From Nitrospirota bacterium (GTDB lineage Bacteria; Nitrospirota; Thermodesulfovibrionia; UBA6902; DSMQ01): 64,000 bases of DNA. Location of the stretch: assembly GCA_016212185.1 (NCBI GenBank), contig JACRGX010000002.1, positions 3,760 through 67,759 on the forward strand, written 5' to 3'. How positions within the stretch are numbered: the first letter of the stretch is position 1; each line of letters opens with the position of its first letter. This document shows positions 8,770-17,881 of this stretch, piece by piece. The notes beneath the pieces are model-generated. The model was not told the DNA's origin and searched no databases. It saw nothing but the letters and a program-made list of their open reading frames with translations. The position numbers were made by a program, and so were the translations under genes.

Positions 8770-10866
8770 ATGGATACTATGTTTTTAAACAGTGCAATTT
8801 ATATTGCCGTAAATCTTCTGCTCTTCTCCTCATGGTATCTTCTCCTTTACCCCGTCAGAAAGAAAACCTTACCTGAACTTTCTAACGGAGGATGTCAACT
8901 ACCGTTCATTGACGGAGTTTTAGGTGCTTTTGTTCTGAGCCTGACCCAGATAATAGTTACAGAAATGATTCTGGGCGTGGTATTTAAGAGGCTCTATGCA
9001 ATGCCTCTTTTTTATTTGAATGTTTTTATATCGCTTATTGTCTTAATACTGGCGGTGCACTCAGGCAATAATAGGTTATTAAATCCCCCCGCCCCCCCTT
9101 TGCAAAAGGGGGGTAAAGGGGGATTTTTAGATAAAAATATTTTTAAAAATTTTCTATTAGAGTTTAGGAATGAGGCAAATCTGTTCTCCAATATAATAAA
9201 AAAAGATAAGATATTACTCTGCCTGTTTACAATTTTTTTAATTTACCTCTGTTACATGATTTTCATAGGCTGGCTTTTTCCGTCATATACGTGGGATGCG
9301 CTGTGGTATCACCTTCCCATAGCAGGCTATATCATGCAAGGCGGAGCTATTCAGGAGAATCCGGCGCCCTCTTTTATTGATCTTTTTATAAATATTTTTC
9401 CAAAAAACATGGAGCTATTTTTTCTCTGGAATATTATTTTCTTAAAAAGTGATATTATTGCGGATTTGAGCCAGCTCCTGTTTACCATAGCAGGGGTTTT
9501 CACTGTATACAGCATTGCCGTAAAAATGAGAATAAAGGAGGAACATGCCGTATATTCCGCCCTGCTGTTTTTTTTCACTCCCATAGTAATCCTGCAGTCT
9601 ACGACAAATTATATAGATATTGCCGTGTCGGTGTTATTCCTGATTGCTGTCAATTTCCTGATGTATGACGGCGCTGAAAATTATGCAAAAAACGAATCTG
9701 TGCTGAACCGCCTCAAGGAAAATAAAATTCCAGTGCTTCTTTCAGGACTTACGACCGGGATTTTATTAGGCTCAAAAGGTTCGGGCCCGATATTTGCGCT
9801 TGTGCTTGTAGTTATATTAACACTTAAAAATGTTTTAAAAAATTTCAATTTTTTAAAAACTGACGCATTACGCATTACGCATCACACATTACGGTTTTAT
9901 TCACTATATTTTATACTGCCGGCCTTTTTACTTGGAGGCTACTGGTATGTGAAAAACTGGGTCTTGTACAACAATCCCGTATATCCAATAAATATAACCA
10001 TTTTCAACACAACTCTCTTTAAGGGATTATACGGCGGGATAATAGACCCCCCTCCGCAGGTTTTTAAAGGATTAACTTTGCCGGCGCAGTTGTTTTATGT
10101 ATGGCTTGAAAGGGTTGAATATTATCTATATGACTCAAGGCTTAGCGGATTTGGCCCTGTATGGTTTATTCTTTTTCTGCCGACTGTTGTATTTTCTCTT
10201 GTGTCTGCTGTAAAAAATAAAAATTACGACTTTCTGTTTGTCAGTGCAATCCTTATCATAATATTTCTTGTTTATCCGAGAAACTGGAACACAAGATATG
10301 TAATTTTTATTGTTGGATTAGGCGCTGTTTCTTTTGGCACTGCGCTTGATTATTTTTGTGTAAAAGGCAAATGGCTTAAAATCATAGCGCTTTTACTTGC
10401 TGTCTATACATTTCTTACAGCAAATTCCCCCTGCATCATGCCTTCAAAAATCAGAGAATTTGTCCGCCTGCCTGCAAAAGAACGCTCAATATCAAGACAT
10501 GCCCCGTTCAACATAGACCTGCATGCAAGGCAGGAATACGGTTGTTGGATATGGATAGGCAATAATATCGTAAGAGGAGATACGCTGGCATATACTTTTG
10601 AGCCTCTGTTTCTCTCACCGTTATGGAACAGCGCTTTTTCAAACAGAATAATTTATATCAAGTCAGAGAGTTATAACGAATGGTTGGAAAACTTAAAGAA
10701 AAATAATGTAACATATGTATTAATCAGACAGAATTCTGAAGAGGATAAATGGGTGGATAAGGCAAGGAAGCTTATCAGCAGATTCTGGTGGCTCAGCGCT
10801 CCCTCTGAAAAATTCAAGGTCGTTTATTCGGACGAAAATTATAAAATAATGAAATTTATCAAGTGA
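8770..10866 (+). CDS. Large polytopic membrane protein, possible lipid-linked-sugar glycosyltransferase (ArnT/PMT-like fold?)
   Basis: About 12 predicted TM helices. Contains in-frame repeat insertions at 9092..9114 and 9865..9896. Functional assignment is weak. Confidence 0.35.
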   Translation: MDTMFLNSAIYIAVNLLLFSSWYLLLYPVRKKTLPELSNGGCQLPFIDGVLGAFVLSLTQIIVTEMILGVVFKRLYAMPLFYLNVFISLIVLILAVHSGNNRLLNPPAPPLQKGGKGGFLDKNIFKNFLLEFRNEANLFSNIIKKDKILLCLFTIFLIYLCYMIFIGWLFPSYTWDALWYHLPIAGYIMQGGAIQENPAPSFIDLFINIFPKNMELFFLWNIIFLKSDIIADLSQLLFTIAGVFTVYSIAVKMRIKEEHAVYSALLFFFTPIVILQSTTNYIDIAVSVLFLIAVNFLMYDGAENYAKNESVLNRLKENKIPVLLSGLTTGILLGSKGSGPIFALVLVVILTLKNVLKNFNFLKTDALRITHHTLRFYSLYFILPAFLLGGYWYVKNWVLYNNPVYPINITIFNTTLFKGLYGGIIDPPPQVFKGLTLPAQLFYVWLERVEYYLYDSRLSGFGPVWFILFLPTVVFSLVSAVKNKNYDFLFVSAILIIIFLVYPRNWNTRYVIFIVGLGAVSFGTALDYFCVKGKWLKIIALLLAVYTFLTANSPCIMPSKIREFVRLPAKERSISRHAPFNIDLHARQEYGCWIWIGNNIVRGDTLAYTFEPLFLSPLWNSAFSNRIIYIKSESYNEWLENLKKNNVTYVLIRQNSEEDKWVDKARKLISRFWWLSAPSEKFKVVYSDENYKIMKFIK

Positions 10867-11001
10867 GAGAGGAACAGAAAAAAGACATTTTACTGGTTTT
10901 GTATATACTGACAGTATTAATACTGACTGTGATATATTTTTCAGTGCCTGAAAGGGTATTGTTTATGGAGAATACGATACAGTGGTGGAGCGAGTGGTGG
11001 A

Positions 11002-11697
11002 ATGCTGTCAGGTAAAAAAATTGTCGTAATAATCCCCGCCTTGAATGAAGAAAAGGCTTTGCCGCTTGTCATAGCAGAGATTCCTAAAGACATAGTTGAT
11101 GCAATAATCGTTGTTGATAACGGCAGTTCTGACAGGACATTTCTCGTTGCGCAGGAATGCGGTGCATCTGTTATAAAAGAGGAGAGAAGGGGTTATGGCA
11201 ATGCCTGCCTCAAAGGCATTGAATATGCAGGGCAGAAACGGCCTGACATTATAGTATTTCTTGACGGAGACCACAGTGATTATCCTGAAGAGGTTACTTC
11301 CCTGATAAGGCCCATTATTAAAGACGGTTATGACCTGGTGCTGGGTTCAAGGTCAAAGGGCGAGAGGGAAAAAGGTTCAATGACGCCGCAGTCTTTCTAC
11401 GGGAATAAATTCGGCACGCTTCTCATCAAAATCCTTTTTGGTTTTTCATATACTGACTTTGGTCCGTTCAGGGCCATCAGGTTTGATAAGCTGATTGACT
11501 TAAATATGCAGGATACGACTTATGGATGGACCGTTGAGATGCAGATTAAGGCAGTAAAAAAAAGTTATAAAATAAAAGAAATGCCTGTCAGATACAGGGT
11601 CAGGGTCGGCAAATCAAAAGTCTCAGGGACATTAAAAGGTACTGTAATGGCAAGTTATAAAATACTGCTGACTATATTTAAGTATTGGATTTCTTAA
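11002..11697 (+). CDS. Small family-2 glycosyltransferase (Dpm1 / polyprenyl-phosphate sugar synthase-like)
   Basis: VVIIPALNEE, VVDNGSSD and FLDGDHSD (DxD) motifs. Confidence 0.8.
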   Translation: MLSGKKIVVIIPALNEEKALPLVIAEIPKDIVDAIIVVDNGSSDRTFLVAQECGASVIKEERRGYGNACLKGIEYAGQKRPDIIVFLDGDHSDYPEEVTSLIRPIIKDGYDLVLGSRSKGEREKGSMTPQSFYGNKFGTLLIKILFGFSYTDFGPFRAIRFDKLIDLNMQDTTYGWTVEMQIKAVKKSYKIKEMPVRYRVRVGKSKVSGTLKGTVMASYKILLTIFKYWIS

Positions 11698-11724
11698 GAA
11701 AATTATAAATATAATGGGGAATAC

Positions 11725-11754
11725 TTGACTTTGACCGGCAATAAAGTGTAAAAT
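11725..11754 (+). promoter_or_regulatory. Sigma70-like promoter: TTGACT, 18-nt spacer, TG-TAAAAT
   Basis: -35 at 11725..11730, -10 at 11749..11754 with upstream TG, and an AAAGGAG RBS 7 nt before the ATG at 11784. Confidence 0.5.
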
Positions 11755-11783
11755 TTTTTTATATAGTTATAAAGGAGTCTTCA

Positions 11784-14192
11784 ATGGCAAAATCCTGTTG
11801 TGAATCACGAGAAACAAGGCTTGAGCAGTATCAGATTGACAAGTGGAAGGTTAAGGAATCGGAGTTTAAGACCTTTAAACCCGATGATCTACTGTATTCC
11901 CCCCAATATATTAAAAAAGAAAAAAACGGTGTTTTTCTTCTCATTGACCCCCAGTCGCCAAACTGGCTCAGCACAAACAATATAGGCGCTGAGATTATAG
12001 CCCTTTGCGACGGCAAGCATAAGGTATCTGACATTCAGGAAGCTATGTTTGCGAAATACGGGGCCTCCGGCGCTGAGCATATTAAGAAAGAGACAGCTGA
12101 ATTTATTAATGCCGCAGGCACTATGGAATTTATTTCCGGTTCGCCTTTTTTAATCCGCGAATATCCCGGCAGGGGCAAGGTAATAGCGCCTCATAAAATG
12201 GATGAGCTATGGATATATAATACAATGCAGTGCAATCTCAGGTGTAAGCACTGTCTTGTGAGCGCAGGTAAGGAATTGAAGGATGAACTGACCGGAAAAG
12301 AGATTAAAAAGCTTGTGGATGAGGCGATAGAGTTAGGCGTCAAGCGGTTTTATATTACAGGCGGAGAGCCGTTTATGAAGGATGATATTTTTGAGGTGAT
12401 AAAATATATAACCAAAGAAAAAAACAAGGAACTGATTATACAGACAAATGCAACCCTGTTTGATGATAAGAAAATATCAGCATTAAAAGATTTTAAAAGC
12501 CCGCTGCTTACAATACAGGCAAGCTTAGAGGGTCCTGACGCAAAAATACATGACAGCATCCGCGGTAAAGGCAGTTTCAACAAGGCGGTTGAAGGGGTAA
12601 AGAAACTGATTGATATCGGTATAACCCCGGTGATTGCCACCGCAATCAGCAAGTATAATGAGGATTCAGTAACAGATACCTCTAAGTTTTTGTCAACACT
12701 CGGAGTCAAGGACCATCATATCCTCTGGATGCACACGCGGGGACGCGGGGCAAGCAATGTGGATAAACTGCTGGTCCCTTCGGACAGGATATCAAATATA
12801 ATGCAGGACCTGAGGAAGATTTATAAAGAAGGCGCGATAATTGTTGATAATGAAGAATCCCTCAAGGTCAGGCTGAAGGCTAAAAGGGGCAGAAAAAACG
12901 ACCTCTGCAACAATTGCTATGAAAAGGTATGTGTGAATTCAGACGGGCATGTATATCCGTGCGCCTCTTTTAACGGCGATAAGCGGTTTGATGCAGGCTC
13001 TATCAGGGAAAAGAGCCTGAAGGACATATGGCTGAATTCAAAGGTCATGGCAGGGTTTAGAAACAGCAGTGTTAAGGATAAGGAAGAGTGCAGTGCGTGT
13101 TATTTAAAGTATTTTTGCGGCGGCGGATGCACTGCCCAGAGTTACTATGCAAGCGAGGTTGAAACCGGGAAAGGCTCTTTTATGGCGCAGGAGCCTTATT
13201 GTTTAACTTATAAGACATTGTTTGAAGAAATACTTTGGGACCTGGCCAGAGAAGGCGCGCCTTCTGATGCAAAGAAAAAAGGGTATGCCACTCCATTTGT
13301 TTATAATGCAATGGACGGAAAACTCCCGCCGTATCTCAGTCATTCTTTTAAGACCATTGATGACAACTTTGAGGTAGGCTGCTACCACTGTTCATGCGTT
13401 CTGGCGGTTGATGTTGAGGATGATGAAGCAGTCTGCAAGCCGGACATAAAAGGGCAGGTGACAAAGACCGTAAAAAAGAAGTTTTCAACTGCCGCTCATG
13501 TTGCCGAGGCAAATTATTATTGCCCCACGGGATATAACCCCAAGGATTTGGAGCATATCCCGACAGAGGTGCTTGATGTATCCTACGGCTGTGGTAATCC
13601 TGCGGCAATAGCAGAGCTTAAGGAAGGGGATGTGGTCCTGGATTTAGGCTCAGGCGCCGGCATAGACTGTTTTATCGCCGCAAAGAGGCTCGGCAAAAAC
13701 GGCAGGGTGATAGGGCTTGACATGACTGACGAGATGGTTGAGAAGGCAGCGGAAAGCGCAAAAAAGGTTGCTAAATCTTTGGGCTACGATATTGTTGAAT
13801 TCAAAAAAGGGGAATTGATGAATATGCCTGTAGAGGACAACTCCATTGACCTTGTAATATCAAACTGTGTTGTTAATCTGACAGAAGATAAGGCTAAGGT
13901 CATGGATGAGGTTTTCAGGGTGCTGAAACCCGGCGGCAGGTTTGTCATCTCCGACATAGTTGCGGATAAGCCTATTCCGGGCTTTATGAGGAGGGACAAA
14001 GAGCTGTGGGCCGCATGTCTTTCCGGAGCATTGACAGAGGAAAGGTTTTTGGAGGCGGCAGTGGAGGCCGGACTTACAAATGTAAATCTGACTAAAAACT
14101 ATCTCTACAAAAAGGTAGAGTATATAAATTTCTATTCGGTCACAATGAAGGGATTTAAACCGCAGAAAATTACATGCGGCGGCTGCCCATAA
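11784..14192 (+). CDS. Fusion protein: PqqD-like N-terminal domain + radical SAM / SPASM domain + ArsM-type SAM-dependent methyltransferase
   Basis: Radical SAM motif CNLRCKHC; SPASM-like Cys clusters CNNCYEKVC...C and CSACYLKYFCGGGC; Cys-rich linker GCYHCSC. The C-terminal domain carries the ArsM motifs YYCPTG, SYGCGNP, VLDLGSGAGIDCF, GRVIGLDMT, ISNCVVNL, VLKPGGRFVISD and WAACLSGAL. Confidence 0.8.
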   Translation: MAKSCCESRETRLEQYQIDKWKVKESEFKTFKPDDLLYSPQYIKKEKNGVFLLIDPQSPNWLSTNNIGAEIIALCDGKHKVSDIQEAMFAKYGASGAEHIKKETAEFINAAGTMEFISGSPFLIREYPGRGKVIAPHKMDELWIYNTMQCNLRCKHCLVSAGKELKDELTGKEIKKLVDEAIELGVKRFYITGGEPFMKDDIFEVIKYITKEKNKELIIQTNATLFDDKKISALKDFKSPLLTIQASLEGPDAKIHDSIRGKGSFNKAVEGVKKLIDIGITPVIATAISKYNEDSVTDTSKFLSTLGVKDHHILWMHTRGRGASNVDKLLVPSDRISNIMQDLRKIYKEGAIIVDNEESLKVRLKAKRGRKNDLCNNCYEKVCVNSDGHVYPCASFNGDKRFDAGSIREKSLKDIWLNSKVMAGFRNSSVKDKEECSACYLKYFCGGGCTAQSYYASEVETGKGSFMAQEPYCLTYKTLFEEILWDLAREGAPSDAKKKGYATPFVYNAMDGKLPPYLSHSFKTIDDNFEVGCYHCSCVLAVDVEDDEAVCKPDIKGQVTKTVKKKFSTAAHVAEANYYCPTGYNPKDLEHIPTEVLDVSYGCGNPAAIAELKEGDVVLDLGSGAGIDCFIAAKRLGKNGRVIGLDMTDEMVEKAAESAKKVAKSLGYDIVEFKKGELMNMPVEDNSIDLVISNCVVNLTEDKAKVMDEVFRVLKPGGRFVISDIVADKPIPGFMRRDKELWAACLSGALTEERFLEAAVEAGLTNVNLTKNYLYKKVEYINFYSVTMKGFKPQKITCGGCP

Positions 14193-14235
14193 ATCGCAGA
14201 GCAGATAAAAAAATACCTAATGAGGAGGTAATAAT

Positions 14236-15720
14236 ATGAGAGTTAGTTTAGTAAATGCACAGGTGCTTGACGGTAATAATGTAGTTCCACCGCTTGGACT
14301 GATGTATATCGCGGCTGTCCTTGAAAAAGCAGGGCACAAGGTGCAGATTTTTGATGCCGACCCTGAGTATCAGGCAGGCATTCTGAAAGAGATAAAAGAG
14401 TTTAAGCCGGACCTTATCGGACTGGGTTTTTTGACTGTAGGCTATCAGAGGGCACTGAAATTGTTCAGAGGATTAAAAAAAGAAATACCTGACGCTATGT
14501 ACTGCTTGGGCGGCGTTCATCCGACGGTTAAGCCTATGGAAACCATAAATGAGTTTGATGCGGATTTCATTGTGCTCGGAGAGGGCGAGGATACGATTGT
14601 AGAGGCATGTGAAAAATTGGAGAAGAAGCAGGGGCTGGCAGGCGTAAAGGGCGTCATGTACCATGAGAACGGAAAAATTATAGATAACGGCAGGCGCGAC
14701 ATGATACCTGATATTGATACAATTCCGTTTCCTGCAAGACACCTGATAGACATGGGACCGTATCTCAAACCGCCGGGTATTATCAGGGGTTATGCCACCA
14801 AGAACCAGACCACTGTTGTTACAAGCAGGGGCTGTCCGTTCAGATGCATATACTGCGGAAGCCATAACATATTCGGAAGAAAGACCAGGAGACGCTCGGT
14901 TAAGAACGTTGTTGACGAGATAGAATTTCTCCATAAGACATACGACATAAAAGGCATATATTTCTGCGATGACAGTTTTACATTAAGGCCTGAATGGGTC
15001 AGGGAATATTGCGATGACTTAAAACGCAGAAATCTGGATATAAAATGGGGATGCCAGTCAAGGGTGGACCAGACTGATGAGGAATTGATGAGGTTAATGA
15101 AAGACCGGGGACTTGTCCAGCTTGACTTCGGCGTTGAGAGCGGCTCGGAAAAGATGCTGAAGGTACTGGGCAAGGGCGGACACGGCGACAGGACTTCGCA
15201 GATTAAAAAATCCTTTGAGCTTTGCAGAAAACTGGACATCAGGACCCTGGCTACATTTATAATCGGCAACCCTGAAGAAACCATGGAAGACATACAGCAG
15301 AGCTTTTCTGTGGCTAAAGAGATTAATGCCGATTACACTGCATTTTACTTCCTGACCCCATATCCGGGTACGGAAATTTATGAAATGGCAATTAAGAATA
15401 AATGGCTGGACCCGAACCTTCCATTCTCAGACATATGGGCGCACAGGCAGCCGGAACTGCCGCTGATGAAGATAACCTTTGAGAAAGAGGAATTAAGGGA
15501 CATACGCAAAAAACTGCAGAACCACTTCTTCTGGAAGAATTATTTTACTGCCACCGGGAATATCAGCTTCTACGGAATACTGTTTTCCATCATCTTCAGG
15601 CATCCGGGGGTTATTTTTACAGCGCTTGGAAAACTGGTGAGGACGGGTAGGCTGGATTACGTGGTTGAAACGCTTAATGCAGAATACTGGAGAATGAAAA
15701 AATACGAGGCTGCCGGATAA
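14236..15720 (+). CDS. Cobalamin-binding (class B) radical SAM enzyme
   Basis: N-terminal B12-binding-like domain followed by TSRGCPFRCIYCGS (Cx3Cx2C). Confidence 0.8.
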   Translation: MRVSLVNAQVLDGNNVVPPLGLMYIAAVLEKAGHKVQIFDADPEYQAGILKEIKEFKPDLIGLGFLTVGYQRALKLFRGLKKEIPDAMYCLGGVHPTVKPMETINEFDADFIVLGEGEDTIVEACEKLEKKQGLAGVKGVMYHENGKIIDNGRRDMIPDIDTIPFPARHLIDMGPYLKPPGIIRGYATKNQTTVVTSRGCPFRCIYCGSHNIFGRKTRRRSVKNVVDEIEFLHKTYDIKGIYFCDDSFTLRPEWVREYCDDLKRRNLDIKWGCQSRVDQTDEELMRLMKDRGLVQLDFGVESGSEKMLKVLGKGGHGDRTSQIKKSFELCRKLDIRTLATFIIGNPEETMEDIQQSFSVAKEINADYTAFYFLTPYPGTEIYEMAIKNKWLDPNLPFSDIWAHRQPELPLMKITFEKEELRDIRKKLQNHFFWKNYFTATGNISFYGILFSIIFRHPGVIFTALGKLVRTGRLDYVVETLNAEYWRMKKYEAAG

Positions 15721-15756
15721 CAATTATTGAAAACCGCGTAAGTAATGTCCGCTATG

Positions 15757-15850
15757 CTGTCATTCCGTGCTTAACGGAGCCTGCCCCGTACTTGATACGG
15801 GGGAATCCAGTCCGTTCCTCTGGATTCCTGCCTTCGCAGGAATGACAGGA
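15757..15850. repeat. MITE-like palindromic element of the TCTGGATTCC...GGAATGAC family
   Basis: gtcattcc ... ccccgtacttgatacggggg ... tctggattcc ... ggaatgaca; related copies at 23478..23603, 47545..47574 and 53171..53248. Confidence 0.5.
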
Positions 15851-15909
15851 TACAATAAGCGTAAGACACTAATATTAAGGGAATCCAGAGTCAGAATTTG
15901 TTTTTTTAA

Positions 15910-15938
15910 GCCGGTTGCAGTTATGCAACCGGCTTTTT
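15910..15938 (+). terminator. Intrinsic terminator, bidirectional: gccggttgca-gtta-tgcaaccggc then TTTTT, with an upstream T-run
   Basis: 10-bp perfect stem and 4-nt loop followed by T5, downstream of the rSAM operon. Confidence 0.6.
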
Positions 15939-16069
15939 GCTTTACAAATTTTTGTAGTAATTTGCTACTATATGACTTAAAATTAATGAATAGCGAGCGT
16001 ACCTGCCTGTCGGCATACAGGTTCCCGGTGGTCTTGCCACGGGGAAGATCAATTTGCGGGTAACTATTT

Positions 16070-16399
16070 ATGGCTCTTCAGGCCGTTTTAAAAGAAAGAG
16101 AAAAAAAACTAACGATATTAAGAAATAATGCCATGAAAGAGGCGCAAAGGCTCGCTTTCCTTTTAAGCAAGCGCTATAAGTTTGAGGCGATTTATCTTTT
16201 CGGCTCGCTTTTATCAGGAAAGTTCAGATTACATTCAGACATTGATATGGTAATAAAAGGTTTGAAAGTGGAGGATTTTTTTAAGGCGCATGCATTTTTA
16301 ATAAAAGAAAGCAGGTATAGAATTGATTTGAAGCCTTTTGAGGATCTTGAGGACAGCTTTAAGGAAAAAATTTTGCGGAAAGGATTGAAAATTGGATAA
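16070..16399 (+). CDS. Nucleotidyltransferase (MNT-type antitoxin)
   Basis: IYLFGSLLSGKFRLHSDIDMVI (GS...DxD). Confidence 0.7.
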   Translation: MALQAVLKEREKKLTILRNNAMKEAQRLAFLLSKRYKFEAIYLFGSLLSGKFRLHSDIDMVIKGLKVEDFFKAHAFLIKESRYRIDLKPFEDLEDSFKEKILRKGLKIG

Positions 16400-16874
16400 A
16401 GATATTTTAAGGGAAATCATCTCTGAAATAGAAAAAGAGCTTGAAAATATTAATGAATTCAGGAAGGAACTGATGAAAATAAAATCTGAAAATTCTATAA
16501 CATTCAGGCGTTCAATTGGTTCCATTCTGCATGATTTTTATAACTGCTGTGAAAGGGTCTTTAAAAAAACAGCGAGCGGCATTAACGGCAGTTATGAAGA
16601 TTCGGACAAATGGCATAAGTCGCTGCTGGTTAGAATGACTATCCCGATTAAAGATATAAGACCGGCAGTAATTTCCGAGGAACTTGCCGCTGAACTTGAC
16701 GAATACCTGTCTTTCAGGCATGTATTCAGAAATATCTATGGTTTTGAGCTTAAAGGCGACAGGATTAAATACCTTGCGGAAAAATTTGATAATGTTGCGG
16801 AAAGATTTATCAGTGAGATTAAAAAATTCCTTATTTTTTTAAGTAAAGAGCTGCAGGAATCAAAAGCGGATTAA
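16392..16874 (+). CDS. HEPN-like putative toxin partner of the MNT
   Basis: Overlaps the MNT stop by 8 nt. FRHVFRNIYGF is a loose match to the HEPN Rx4-6H motif. Confidence 0.4.
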   Translation: MDKDILREIISEIEKELENINEFRKELMKIKSENSITFRRSIGSILHDFYNCCERVFKKTASGINGSYEDSDKWHKSLLVRMTIPIKDIRPAVISEELAAELDEYLSFRHVFRNIYGFELKGDRIKYLAEKFDNVAERFISEIKKFLIFLSKELQESKAD

Positions 16875-16955
16875 TTATAAAATTGCCAACCCGTACAGCT
16901 TCTGTAAGTTTCTTACTTATCAGTGAATGGGGTAGAAAAAACAGCATTGTTTCGT

Positions 16956-17369
16956 CTATTTCACAAATATCTTTAAGAATTCTGCTGGAGTCATTATTTT
17001 TATCCCCACAGACGGAAAGTCTTTGTTATTTCTTGTAATGACACACTCGCATCCTTCATGAATAGCTGAAAAATATTGAATTAAATCCTCAAAGTCCTTG
17101 CCGGCGATCGACCTTGCCTGCTTTAAGATATTCTTTGTGAAAGCAATTATTCTAAAATCTTCCAATATCTGGTCTATTAACGGCTCCGCAGCCTTCACTC
17201 CCTTAAGTTTGCTTAAAATATAATAAAAGTTATTGACTGAAATTGCTGAAATACAACCTTGAATAACACCTTCCCTGCCAAGCGTCCACACCCTTGCCGA
17301 ATCCATATAAAATGGCTCCCGTTTTGTCAGAACATCCAATATTATATTTGTATCAATCAGTATCTTCAT
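16956..17369 (-). CDS. vapC: PIN-domain toxin
   Basis: MKILIDTNIILD N-terminus with acidic PIN residues. Confidence 0.75.
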   Translation of the reverse strand: MKILIDTNIILDVLTKREPFYMDSARVWTLGREGVIQGCISAISVNNFYYILSKLKGVKAAEPLIDQILEDFRIIAFTKNILKQARSIAGKDFEDLIQYFSAIHEGCECVITRNNKDFPSVGIKIMTPAEFLKIFVK

Positions 17370-17622
17370 ATTTCTTAAGCCGGGATGCGATATGCTCGTC
17401 TCTGAGTGCCTTATAAGACTTCTTGGTCCTTAACATGCCAATCCACCTTGAAACAAACGGCGAGATTTCTTTAGACTGCGACTCTTTCTCCCGCTGGAGA
17501 AAAAATTCCTTAACCATAACTGAAACGGATTTCCCCGTTAACTTAGCCGTCTTATGCGCAAGCCGGGTTATGTCTTCATCCATATATAACGTTAGTTTAG
17601 ATTTCGGCATATGCACCTCCAC
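17353..17622 (-). CDS. vapB: Antitoxin (VapB/RHH-like) paired with the PIN protein
   Basis: Overlaps vapC by 17 nt; small, charged protein. Confidence 0.5.
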   Translation of the reverse strand: MEVHMPKSKLTLYMDEDITRLAHKTAKLTGKSVSVMVKEFFLQREKESQSKEISPFVSRWIGMLRTKKSYKALRDEHIASRLKKYEDTD

Positions 17623-17881
17623 GTATTTATATCTAATTTACTACGTATAGAAGAAAAAGTCAAGGCGGTGGATAAGACAGCTTATCAATCTTTAATTTCC
17701 ATGTCCATTTATAAATTCAATGTCAATAAAAATAGGCGCTATCCCTACCTTCATTTTTTGCATGTTTGCAAGATTGACCCCGTTTCTTGCACTATAAATA
17801 ACTTAACTGCTTTAAAACAGTATTGCTTCAGATGAATCTGCCGTGCTTGTTCCCTAAAGCCACATAGATGAATTAGACTTC

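Noticed and set aside
14473-15293. 153-aa and 167-aa minus-strand ORFs
   Set aside because: Antisense to the B12-radical SAM gene.
15767-16063. 98-aa ORF in the rSAM-operon / MNT intergenic
   Set aside because: It is a translation across the MITE-like repeat and the intrinsic terminator, with Cys/Phe-rich low complexity.
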